Shown here one piece after another: positions 11,140 to 23,300 of a stretch of DNA of 64,000 nucleotides. Positions within the stretch are counted from its first letter, which is position 1. Each line of letters opens with the position of its first letter. The notes below the pieces were generated by a model, which made no database searches, was not told the origin of the DNA, and was given only the letters and a program-made list of their open reading frames with translations. A program made the position numbers and the translations under genes. Source of the DNA: Monocercomonoides exilis PA203 (Eukaryota; Protista; Preaxostyla); assembly GCA_001643675.2 (NCBI GenBank), contig LSRY02000028.1, forward strand, positions 620,001 to 684,000. Reading direction: 5' to 3'.

Positions 11140-13266
11140 TTCTGATGACTTTGAAGGCATGTGATCAATATGATACGATTGAACATATTAGAACATACAT
11201 TTTGAAAGAATAGCAGAAGCATTTCGGTTCGTGCAGTTCAAATTAAGATGCATATGAAGAATTGTCCACAATTTAAAGATCAGAAGTAACAAATCATCAA
11301 AAATACAAGAAAAGAGAAAAAATGTCAAAAAAACAATTTGAATTGAGTCGTCTGTACAGCAAGGGAGGATGATTATGTTAGTATTTGTTAACTTAGCTAA
11401 TGAAATCGGATTAAATTAATTTTTGGAGATGAATATGTTGAAAAAAAGGAATTAGAGGAAGAGGAAGAGGAAAAAGAAGCAGGAGGAAAAGTTAAATTGG
11501 AAGGTTTAATCTGAACAACTTCTGTTTGAACTACTTGTTGATAATTGCGAAGAATAGCTGAGGAAAAAAGGTGGAGGAATACGAAGAAGATGGATGATGA
11601 ATCATTAGGCGATATAACCTTCTTTACTCCATCTGAACTCAGTTCAGGTGAAATTGCTTTCAAATCTACATTCGATTCTCCTCCTTCTTCTTCTCCTTCT
11701 CCTTCTTCTTCTTCTTCTTCTCCTTCTTCAACAACTTCATTGACGAACTTGAAAATAACCATGTAGATATACACAAATGAAAGAAGAGCACGAAATAGAA
11801 CAAGATTTATCAAATTTCGTTGAAGAAGAAAAAGATAAATGCATAATCACTCCAGAATAGAGAAGCTGGAAAAGGAAAAAATGGATTCACTTCATTGCAG
11901 ATTTAAAGCGACAAAGAATATGAATTATTGAATGGAATGAACAGAACCTCATTCTTCTCGTTAACAAACTTTCTCATCTTGTTCTTTATTTTAACTTCCT
12001 CTTTATTTCTCCCCATGTTTCAAAGCCTTTCATAATTTATCCTTCTCTGCGTTTGCCTGTTCTTATTTGAATTCGCTTGATGCATCATTTGATTACAATT
12101 GAAGAGAAAAGGAAACTTTTAGCTCTAAAGCAGATACGATGACTTTGAAATAGTTGAATAGAATTAAAACCTCCATCTTAACAAGAGGAGGATGAGGAAG
12201 AAGAAATAAAGAGGAAAAATAAAAAGAACAGGAAAATGTTTGAAAACTCTGATCAGATAAAAGGACGTTGAATAAGTTGAAAGCATGTTTGCAGATACAG
12301 GTTGTTGATTTTGCAAAACGTATTCATTTGAAAACATCTGATTGAGGAGAGTGTTAATTCAGATAGCACAAGGCAAATAGATTGGAGACGAACAGGCGGA
12401 ATACGCAGAGCCAAAAGAGAAAGAAATGATGTGTAAATTTATGAAGCACATGAATCGAAAACAGCTGCAGCAATTGACCTTCAATTCACGATTTAAGAAT
12501 AACTGCAAATCTGTTAAAGCACAAATGTGTTTCATGATTCCTTTCTTCTTTTTCTTCGCAATTATTGTATCATCGCCTTTTTTCCCAACCAAATGTTTTA
12601 ATAACTATTCTTTCAATCATCTCTGGAGCTAATTTTCCGAATGGCATAATGAAATCTTCTTCTTCAATAATCTTTTAATGGATTTATCAGGAGTTTTAAT
12701 CTAACTTTCAGAGAAGTATTTTTTTAGTGAAAATTTCGAAAATCAGTTGAAAACAGACTTGTCAAATGGAAGTGTAATAAAGCATTCGAAATCTATCGAA
12801 AAAGCATACACAAAAGGAGCAAATATAAAGAGGAAGAGAAAATGGCGGAAAGAAGTGGATTTTGAATACTTCATTTGGAGTTTGTTTCATAATTAGAGGT
12901 TTTACAAGAATTCAACAACAAGTTTTTAATTGAACGGTTTTGAAGCTTTAAAATCTGTTTCATTTCGAACTTGATCATCAGATGCTTCAAAAATTTCAAA
13001 AGTTCAATTGTTTTTTTTTAAATCCTAAAGCACGTCATTCTTCGATCAGCTCCACCACTGGATTCCAACACACACAAACACATAAGAACAAGCAGGTTTT
13101 CTGAAGATGATGTGATGAACGAACTTTCGCAATCTTCATCCACGGCATTGGGTGATTTAAGTTTCATGATTGGTGGAGGGATAGCCAGAGGTCTGGTAAG
13201 GAGAGGGATATTTGGATTATCAGAACTGGAGTTGTGAACCGAATGGAACATCAGCACGTTGCACAT
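11140..13266 (-). pseudogene. Degraded unknown gene(s), probable cargo of the Sola-like element
   Basis: Fragmentary minus-strand ORFs (13018-13266, 11397-11813) with acidic and Ser-rich stretches. No family recognised. Confidence 0.3.
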
Positions 13267-14899
13267 TCAGTCCAATTGCAAATTAATATAAATCAGAATT
13301 CTCATGGAGTTTGAATGAAAAGAAAATGAATGTGGAGAAAAAGAAAAAGAAAATTAAAATAAGGTTATCAATTTTCATTTTTCTTTCTTTCTTTTTTCTT
13401 CTTCATCTTCTTTTTTTTTTATTTGGGGGAAAATCTGAACATTCAAGCTTTTTTTGCAGAAAGAACAAAAAAATTGTTTCGCTCATTACTTAACTTGACT
13501 TTCTCAGATTTCAGAATTTATTGGATTCCCATACCTGTAAACTGGTATCATTGAAACTTTAACACAATGTTTTGTGACATCACAAATATTACAAAAAGTG
13601 AGAAAATTTTTCTCAGATTTTTTGATCAAAAAAGTTAATAAAAAGCGCATAATTATTCAATGAAAAAGCATGAAGTTACATATTTTCCCCCATTTTTAGT
13701 TTAGTCTAGTTTTGTTTTGTTTTGTTTTAGAATTTAAAAATGAAGCATTCACAAAATATTTCAGTATCAACAATCCAGAAGTTTATTGATTATTTATTAT
13801 ATTGTGAATTGAGAAAATATAAAAATCACATTTTTGATCAGCAAATTTCAATGCATTTCCTCAGGCGATCATGGAATAATTAGATTGATTTTTGTGTGTG
13901 AGAAAATATTTGTTCCCAACTACTTGAAATGATTATGATTCAATGAAACTTGCAATTTATTCTTAATATCCGTCTTTTTCTATTTGATAAAAAAAATTCA
14001 TTTTTGAAGGCTTATTTAACGCTTTGTCAATTTGATCGACTTGTATTCCTTTCAATCTCCAATTAACGTTCATAAAAAATTCCAAATATTCATGTCACAT
14101 TGAAATGCAATGCAGTTTGTTGTTACTAATCCAAAACAACAAAATAAGTTCGGTTTATCAGCAAGGCATTAACTAACATGTGGGTATTTTTTTTTGAAAA
14201 GTTACAAAATATTAATTGATCTGAAAATCAGATCACAAATGATCAGAAAATGTTGATCATTCCGTTACCATTATATATTGCTGAATGTTATTCTATTGAG
14301 TTTTGTCACCCTATCCACAAATATTTTTAAAAATTGTCCATACATCATAAATATTTTAAACTTTTTTTATAACTTTCACTTTTAATTTATATTATTTTCG
14401 TGTTGCTTGAATCTACGAATTGATATGTTTCTATTTCTTGATTTTTGTTTCATTATCGATATTTTTCGTACAAAAATCTTTTGAATTTTGTTTTATTTTA
14501 AAATGCACTTCTTTGTTCAAAAACAAATAATGAAAAAGGAACTTTTTTGAAATTTTTTTCTCGATATTTTTGATAGCAGAAATATTCTTATTTCATGTGC
14601 ATAGCATTCGAATCACATTCAAAAATACGTGTTCAAAAGAAAAAGATACATTTATTGAATGGAAAAAAATGAAATAAACACTCAATTTATTATTCGATAA
14701 GCCCTAAAATAGCAAACTAGAGAAAGTACAAGTTTATCATTTTGAAGAACAAGTCATGAATCAAAACCCTTGTTGTTTTGATATTAATCTTTCTTATTTT
14801 CGTATGTTATTCATTTCATTTTGAATTCTTTGCATGAAGATATCCAGTTTTGTGCTTCTCAATCACTTGAAAAAAGATAAGTATTTCTGACTGATCAAA

Positions 14900-17020
14900 A
14901 TTTCTTGTCATATGAAGACATCGTCTTTGTGCAGCTGTTGGAGTTTCCAGTAGGCGTGGTGGGGTATCTGAAAAATCTTCTTGTTACAGGAGTAGCGCAG
15001 CAGTCCTCTTATCCATCAAGGCCTTTGTCTTTGTCATCTTTATCTTTCATTCCGATGAGTAGAAAAGAAGAGAAGAAGGTTGGAGTGCTTAAGCCCATCA
15101 TCTTCATTTGCATCGACAGTTGATCCTTCGGAGGCATCGGCGGTAACTGCGTTTAATACTTCATCAGCAGTGATGGATAACATCGAGAGGCGGCTGCTGA
15201 TAGTGACGCGAGAAGAGCTGAAACGTTTGTTCGGCACATGTCGCTATCGCTGAAGATGCTGTGTGAATATGCAGTCACGTAGCTTTCTGTGTGGTTCGTG
15301 TGTATTTTGAACAAACACAATGATAAGTTTTCGGAGATGATTTCAGTTTTGTTTGTGGAGCCGCTTTCTTCACAAGCAGTATCGTCTGGAAAGAAGATGT
15401 GGAGCAAACATATCTTAATGGTGATGGATCTGAATGCATTCCTGTTGATACACTTTCTATTTGATCCGTTACTGCTACCGCCCGCTATAGCGCGGCTGGT
15501 GTAGCGATTGCCGCAGTCGAGGCGTGTGGTGACGAAGTTGGAAGGCGAAGTGATGAGGTGGATGGTTGTTCTATGAAGGACAGAGGAGAGAGCGGAGAAG
15601 GTGCCGGAAGTGGCGTTGTTGAGAAATGATGATGTGGTTCTTTCTCTGGATGTACTCGATGAACGATAAGGGGTGAAGGAGCAGGAGAAGAAGGAGGAGG
15701 AGACGGAAGGAGAGACAGAGAAGAAACTTCAGGAGTTCAACATGCTGCTGCAGAAGATCCGGGACGAAGAGCGGATGTCAAATCCTACGAGCGTACTGGA
15801 GGAGCAGCTGCAGGAGAAGAACAAGATGGAGAAGGAAACGAAGATGCTGATGGTACTGTTGAAAATGCAGGAGAAGACGATAAGATAGCAGTAGGTGCCA
15901 TTCAAGGAAGTGATTGAGTAACAGTGGATGGCGCTTGCGCAAAAGAAGCAGGAGCAGAAGAAAATGAATGCATCATATGAAGAGACAGTGGAGTGGCTGG
16001 TTGATTAGGTGAAGGGAAGGCGGAGCAGAGGAAAAAGTGGTTGGAGAGGGAACTTTTCTGGCGGAGTCGACAGCGATGGAGCGGCTGATGAGCGCAGTGT
16101 CTGAGATGCAGTGGTGGGTTGCGTACGAAACGGCGTATGTGCTTCGGTTGCCACCAAAGTGGAGGTCATCAGTTCCGATGCAGATGCCGTTGATGTTGCT
16201 GAAGACAGGACTTAAACAGAAGCTGGCGTGGACTCTGTCGAAGATCCAGGGAATATACAGAGATTAGATATTGGTAGATTTGAGCGAATACGGCGCTTGG
16301 TGGGAAAGTGTGGTGCTTCAAAGGCAGGTCCATGTGGACTTTATTCAAATATGACTGGGGGAGAAGTTCTCGGAGAAATTGAAGAAAGAGGTGGTGCGGT
16401 TGGCAAGAATGTTTGGGGAAGAGCTGTTTCGGAAGGACTTTGCAGGGAAGTGGCTATTTGGTGAATTTGTGCAGAGGGAGTAAACTGGAGGTGAATTGGA
16501 GTTTTCCTGACAACTGAATTGCGTTAGAAGAGGTATCATAGAAGAGATTAAAATGTCTTTTGGTTGTTTGAGGAGATACAGCAGGAGAAAATGGAGGCTG
16601 AAGCGTTTGCGTTTCTGTGGTTTCTGCCGAACAACTTCCGAGCAGAAGCAGCTTTTGGATGTTTGTGATGAAGCTGATCTGCGAAATCCTCATCTGCAGT
16701 CTTTGAACAATGAGATTGTGAAGACAACGAGATGCGCTGAACAACTTAAAGCGTGAGCTTTATACAGTATCAAAGGTGGCATTGGAATGGATTGGGCTGA
16801 AGCTACCAGTGGAGAATATACAGTCGGTATTGGAGAAGAAAGAGGTGCGGTTGGAGTCGTCCCAGATGGTGCGGCTGATGCGATGACTGTTGTGGATGAA
16901 GCTGTGGAGGAACGACCAAAAAAAGGCGATTTGCTTTGATGATCCTTTGGGGGATGGGCAGTGATTGGCGCAGTTTCTACAGACGGTGGTGTAGCTGAAA
17001 GAATTAATAGCGAAGCATGT
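14900..17020 (+). pseudogene. Decayed unknown coiled-coil protein gene, copy A (approximate bounds)
   Basis: GC-rich with many stops and frameshifts. Peptides such as EFNMLLQKIRDEERMS and SSVPMQMPLMLLKTGLKQKL match copy B. Confidence 0.65.
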
Positions 17021-17379
17021 AAATATTCTTCATTGGCATTGACATTTTCGTTTTCATGTTCTTCTTCAAATTATTTTTTCTCTTCCTTCTTCTCCTCTTT
17101 CTCTTTTTTCTCTTCCATTCTTTTCTTATCTATTTTAATACTCTCAATTTTTCTTCTAAACTTGATTTTGTTTCATCTATTAACCTCATTCTACTTTCAG
17201 ATCATGTTTCTTTTCACATTCATAATTTTTAAAAACATTCTTTGAAAGAAACAAATATGTAATCAACATTGAGAATGTTTTGTCTTCTTTTTGCTTATTT
17301 CTGAGTGAATAATAGAAAATAAGAAGGTAACGGAGGAGGATAAGAAGGAAGAGGAAGATGATGATTCTTGACAATATAT

Positions 17380-20300
17380 TGACTCCTCCTCTCTCCCTCT
17401 GCCGTTCCATAGCCTTGTGGAGCAGCTCCACATGCAGCCAATCACACAGCGGCAGCCCAAAACAGATCGCCTTTTCCACCTCGTTCTTTACAGCTGCAGT
17501 TCCACCAACTCCACAACCAACCCATCCATCCACAACCGTGCCCGCTGCCCTTCTGTCTTCCACATAGCCCACTGCGTTGACTCCATCTGCCGTTTCTGAA
17601 CCACCTCCACCCCCGCCCCTGCCCTTGCCCCTGTGGATATCACCGAAATCACCAGCCCCTGGCCATTCAGAGCCATCTTTAGCAGGGCAAAATGCGGACT
17701 AACTGTCATCTTAACCGTACTTTTCTCAGATGGACACAGATATGTTCAAATCTCGGAGGAATTAAATATTTCCTGATGTTTCAGGAACAGCGTGAAGATG
17801 TAATTGATATGACACGCCTATTGTAACGATGTAAATGATGGCAAACAGCATCCAGACAGCAAGTATACATCCCGAAAGATCCACAGAAACAGCGCGTTCG
17901 GTATCTGCGGAATGCACTCTCACAAAAGAGACTCTTGCCTCGAATACGTGATCCCTCACCAAGCTTCGTGTGATGATGATGATGAAAAGTCAATGAATCG
18001 CATCAACGAATCTCATCGTGCAGCGCCATAATCGCGTCCTTTTTTCATCTTTTCTTCTGCTCAGGTGTTATTTAACAGACACCCCAGAAACACAGACGAG
18101 TCTGCCTCCCCAATCTTTTTCTGCAGCCACTCAAACTCCCAAAAAAACGTCTTGATAATTTTGTCCGAAGCTTCTGTGACCGCTGTATTGATTTCCTTCC
18201 AAAACATCCTGTCCAAAGTCATTAGGAACATCTAGCTCTCTTCTGCAAGTGGCTTCAACTGAAAACCTTCAAATAGCACTTTGCAGTTGTCATGAAAACC
18301 ACAACTTGTCTCCTTTGCACTCCTCCCGCTCAAACTTCTTTAACAACAACACATCAGCAAAGTCTTTTAGAAACAGCTCCACAACGAAGATCATCTTTAA
18401 TTGTGCGGCCTCGCTCTTCTTCTGCGCTGCGTGCTTTACCCTCAGCCACATGAACACAAAATACCCAAACTGCTGCCTCGGAACCACCGCTTCCGCTAAC
18501 ACAGCGATACCCTCTTCCAAGTCTGTTGCAATCTTGTCTCCGAATATCCCCAAAATCTTCGTCAGCTTCAACACTAGCGACGACTTCAGCCCAATTTTCA
18601 GCGGCTTCAACAAACGCTTCATCTGCACAGACGAATGCAAAGTGATCGGTATCCAAAGCTCATGCGCCGTTTCGTGGTCAACTTGCCTAAGTGACCAAGA
18701 AACCGTTCTCATCTGATGCTCTATCGTCTCTTCATACAACTCCTTCTTTTTCTTCTGCTCCAACTTCTATTACACAAGCTCCGTCTGCAGCTCTCATTCA
18801 TCTATTGCACAGCGCCTTCTGCATGTGTATCGTCTTTTCCTGCACTTTCGACAGCACCATTCTTTTCGATCTTTCGCTTATCCCACATCTCGTTCCCTAA
18901 CTTCCATCTCAGTCGAAACTCTTTCCACCCACCGTTGTCTTCTTCCCACAACACTCATCCCGCTCCCCACTTTCACAACAACTCCCTTCCCGCTCGGGTC
19001 TGGCCCAACCATTACAGCGTTGCAATCCCCGATGCTTGCTGCAAGCTTCTCATTTGAGTTTTTACGAAACCCAGAAGGTAGAATCAACAAAGAAGAAAAC
19101 GGAATCATCACTCTTTCTGCCGGGGCATTCAAAGAAGAAGGTGTGGCAAGCGATACCCCTGCCCCTGACACTGCCCCCTCGCTGCACTCACTCGCCACTC
19201 TGCCATGCTGAGAATGCAGCTTCTTCTCCTTCTCAATCCCCACATCAATCAGCTCCACCTTCTCATTCATCGCCACCAGCTGCTGCAGCTCCTTCACTTC
19301 TGCGATGTGCTTCTCGCTCATCTGCAGAATCTTCCTCTCCCGCATCCGGATGATCTTGTCATTCTCCTGCAGCTGCTCCACAAGCCCGCTCATCCGCTTT
19401 GAGATCCGCTCGTCGTCACGGATCTTCTGCAGCAGCATGACGAACTCCGAATACCGCTTCTTCATCTCCTGCTTCGCATCCTCGTGCTGCTCCTTCAGCT
19501 CCCAGATCTACCGCCCCAGCCCCTCCTTCTCCCCAGCCAGCTCCGCCACCTGCGCCTCGAACTTCCTGCCAGTCTTGCAAAGCGTCTACACAGCATTCGC
19601 TTTTGTCCTCTGCAGGTCTTCCTACTTGTTCTTCAGCTCTTCCCCTATTCACACACTGCAACCTCTCGCCTAATCACATTATCGTCCAGCTTCACCACCA
19701 AATATTTCAGCTGAAAAGATAACGATTCCTGCCACGACGGGTCAAACAGATCGTAGATCGACGGGAACGCATTCACATCTGCCGCTGCAAAGATCTGCTT
19801 GCTCCCCGACTTCGTGCCCACCGACGCTGCAAACGACGGAAACAGCGGTGCCACCAGCGGAACCGAAAGCACCACAGAAAGCGCCACATCGCACTCACAC
19901 CCAACACCCCCATACAGCACATCCAGCTGCGCCACAATATATCCCCATAGCGTCTGTTGCTCCCTCAGTAACGACTATTGTGATTATCATACACCCCAGC
20001 CACCTCTTGATGAAGTCCATTGCTGCTGCCGACGTGGATTTCGCTTCAACCGCAGAGGTGTCCGAACGGCCAATTTCACTCGCTGATGATGAAAATGAAG
20101 ATGGCTTATCATCTCCTGTCGCCTTCTTCTCTTCGCTTCTTCGCTTCCGGAATGGCGAAGTTGATCTACGCGCTGCTCCAGTTGAAGAAGACGAAGAAGA
20201 CGAAGGCGCTGAGCGAAGAGACGGCTGCTTCGCTTCCAACGCTACAAGAAGTTTGATGAGACATTTCCCATCATGTCATCAGGCAGCTCCACCTGTGACA

Positions 20301-20380
20301 CAAACACAACATTTTCATTTTTTTCTGAATGGTCAAACAGCAACAAAAGCATACAGTTCTCGATCCATGGGAAAAGGATA
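17380..20380 (-). pseudogene. Decayed unknown coiled-coil protein gene, copy B (approximate bounds)
   Basis: Peptides EFVMLLQKIRDDERIS, SSVQMKRLLKPLKIGLKSSL and KAICF are collinear with copy A in the opposite orientation. Confidence 0.65.
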
Positions 20381-23300
20381 AAACAAGGTTTTTTCAAAAG
20401 TAGAGTTGAAATTTGAAGATATAGATGAGCAAAAAAGCAAATGAGCAATTGGCATCTATTAAAGATATGATTCATGATTTGATTCAAGATTTGATATACC
20501 ATTTCTTTTTTGAATTTTTATAAAAGGACATTTGATATCAGAAATTTTATGTTATTTTTTATTTATTTGTTATAACATTAAAAACTGTTCAAAATTAACA
20601 ACCTTTTGTATTTCTTTTAATAACAACAAGGATTGTTTCGATGAAATTTTCCTGTTTAATAATTTCTTTTCAAAGTACTCAAATAAAATCAAGTTAAAAT
20701 CTATCTGTTTTTCAACATAGGAATATATTCAAAAAGAATTTTCCTCACAAAAATATTAAACATTAAAACGAACTGTTGAAATGAAAACAAAGAAATATAA
20801 ATAAATATTTCTGTGACTTCAAAAAACAAGAAAAAAACATTTAAATAATAAAAGTGTAACAATAGAAAAATGGGTATTTGAAATTTATATTAAAAAAACG
20901 CAATATTTGTGGATAGGGTGACAAAACTCAATAGAATAACATTCAGCAATATATAATGGTAACGGAATGATCAACATTTTCTGATCATTTGTGATCTGAT
21001 TTTCAGATCAATTAATATTTTGTGACTTTTCAAAAAAAAATACCCATGTGTTCGGTTTTAGCGGACTCTTCTCATCTGTTAAATGTTGTAATAACAGATT
21101 TCTATGAAATGATTAATGACCTTATTATATAACTTTATCATACTATGAGTGAATCCAGAATATTCTAAATACCACAAACTGTGAATAAGAAATTTAAAAC
21201 AAAAACGCTCAAAACCTTTGTATTCTTGTTATCTCTTCATTCGTTTCATTTTCTTATTCAAATGATAGATTCATCATCTTTTTCACTTTTATCAACAACT
21301 CAAACATTCTCTTTCTGCCCTTCTTTCAAATTTCGAAATTTTCTCTTTCATATTTTATATTTCACTAAAGAAATCAATTTATTGAAAAAAATGATATTAT
21401 TCTTCTTTCTTTTCAATAAACTCTTCTGTATTCAATACAAAGAAAAGCAAATGAATTGGACAAACCAATTATTGCATTTTTAACAAGAAATCCTTGCTGA
21501 ATCCAAATGCTCAATGTCAATTTCGCTTTTCGCATCCTCAGCAACCACAAAAATTATGGTTTCTTTTTATCGTTCAAATGAATGACTTGAAGAAAAATAT
21601 TTTCTGAAATACAATATCTAGAAAAATATTTGATATATATCATGTTTGATCAAAGCATAAAATAAAAGATAAAAAAAAATTAAAAACATCAAAATGAATA
21701 GGAAATGAAAAGAAAATACCAAAAACAACACATTGAATTCGATTAAAATTGAAAAACATTGTTGATTTGTTGCAAAATTCAAGGACCGAAAAATTGTATT
21801 ATTTCAAAAATAACTACCCATTTATTAAAATTTGTTCAATTCTTTCAATGTTAAATTTTCGTACTCGATCTACAATAAAATTTCTTGTGCATTTTCTCAA
21901 CGCATTATGTTTGTTGGAGTTTTATTTCAAAATTCTTTATTCTCACAATAATATACGATACATTTGTTAAGTCATTTTTTGAGTTTTATTTTTTAATTTG
22001 TATGATTAAAATAGGTTTTTTTATCTTCAAACAATAAATAAATTATAATTTTTTGAATCACGATAATATTCAAAAATATAAGTTAAACATTATCATTTTT
22101 TCTATTTATTTAAATTATCAATATTATAAACTGTATTTCTTTGAAGAGAAATTCATTAACATGAGGAAAAAACAGTACATGTTGATTGAACAAAAGAATT
22201 TAATATTTTCTTATGTAATGAAATAGTACAAACAAATAAAAAAAGAATTATCAAAGATTATACTAAAAAAATGCTCTAAAATTGATTAAACAAATGCATC
22301 GTATATTTCTTTGAAAATAAAGAATTTTGAAATAAAACATTAACAAACATAATGTATTGAGAAAATGCACAAGAAATTTTATAGTAGATCGAGTACGATA
22401 ATTGAACATAGAAAGAATTGAACAAATTATAATAAATAATATCAACATAAATAATAGCTGAATATGTATTTATTTGAATCAAAATATTAACTAAAGTCAT
22501 TAGTATAAATAACATATAAACAAAGTTTGTCTTATCATTGAACAAATTAAATACCAACAAACTTTAAAAAAATATATATTAAACACTGCAGTTATAGCCC
22601 CGTTTTTGAAGCTTTTAAAAGTGATGCATAACAAACAATAATAGAATAATTTTCATTCCAATAATAACAGACTGTAATCTTTACTTTTGGAACGTCTGCT
22701 ACGAAAAAAAGCATGCTTGAGACAAAACAGGTATCTGGCAGACGTATTCATAAAATTATAGTTGTAAATTAAAAGAAAGATAAATTGCTATTAAAGGCTT
22801 CTTGAAATATTTAAAGCAAACCTCTCTCGCAAGTTGTGGTTGAGCTTGCCAATAACTTTTCACATTCTTATGACAAAATAATTTTTTCACATTTGATCAT
22901 AACCATGTGAATCACAAATATTTTTTAACACATATTAATTTTTCATTCACAAATATAAAACAAATCGTGATGTGATATTTTATTTTTATTGTTATCTTGT
23001 TTACAATATTTATTTTTGGATAATTGATGAATTAAACAATTTTTATGAATACGAATGTATTAGCGTTTTTGATAAAAAAATATAAATAAATAATAATAAG
23101 CATAGTCAAATTTTGAATGAGAGCTCTTCGTTCTTTGTTTGCAATAAGTTATTATTTTTTTCAAATTACACAAATATTTGCCAGTTCCGGGTTTGGCACC
23201 AGGTTCCGAGTTTGGCACCAATGGTATTCCTGTTGAAAAGAACAATTATGAAATAACTACAAGAACAGCTACTATTTTTTTATCATATCAATGATGTCAA

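Larger units (their letters stand above)
14182..21045. mobile_element. 6.9-kb non-autonomous GGG-ended element with 144-bp TIRs and ATGT TSD
   Basis: ATGT|GGGTATTTTTTTTTGAAAAG...CTTTTCAAAAAAAAATACCC|ATGT. 14182-14325 versus 20902-21045 differ at one position seen. Confidence 0.92.
5173..21819 (-). mobile_element. GGG-ended Sola-like DNA transposon with ATTT TSD; 16.6 kb, about 9.5 kb without nested inserts
   Basis: ATTT|GGGTCATTATTTTTGAAAG...ATTTCAAAAATAACTACCC|ATTT. Removing it rejoins the left arm of the TA element colinearly with the right arm. Contains a DDE transposase remnant. Confidence 0.85.
4378..23224. mobile_element. TA-flanked Tc1/mariner-pogo-type foldback element; 18.8 kb with cargo, about 2.2 kb without
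   Basis: TA|CCATTGGTGCCAAACTCGGAACC...GGTTCCGAGTTTGGCACCAATGG|TA. 4378-5172 and 22434-23224 are near-identical inverted repeats with 19-bp terminal direct repeats. The arm continues at 21824-~21990 versus ~22265-22433. Confidence 0.9.

Noticed and set aside
14900-20380. TAA/TAG read as Gln (alternative code known in some oxymonads) explaining in-frame stops
   Set aside because: Stops align with AAG and ATG as well as CAA in the paralogue, frameshifts and TGA stops also occur, and host genes end in TAG or TAA. This is ordinary decay.
4378-23224. Polinton/Maverick or endogenous virus (about 19 kb with long TIRs)
   Set aside because: TA TSD rather than 6 bp; no pPolB, integrase, ATPase or capsid motifs seen; the size is explained by nested insertions.
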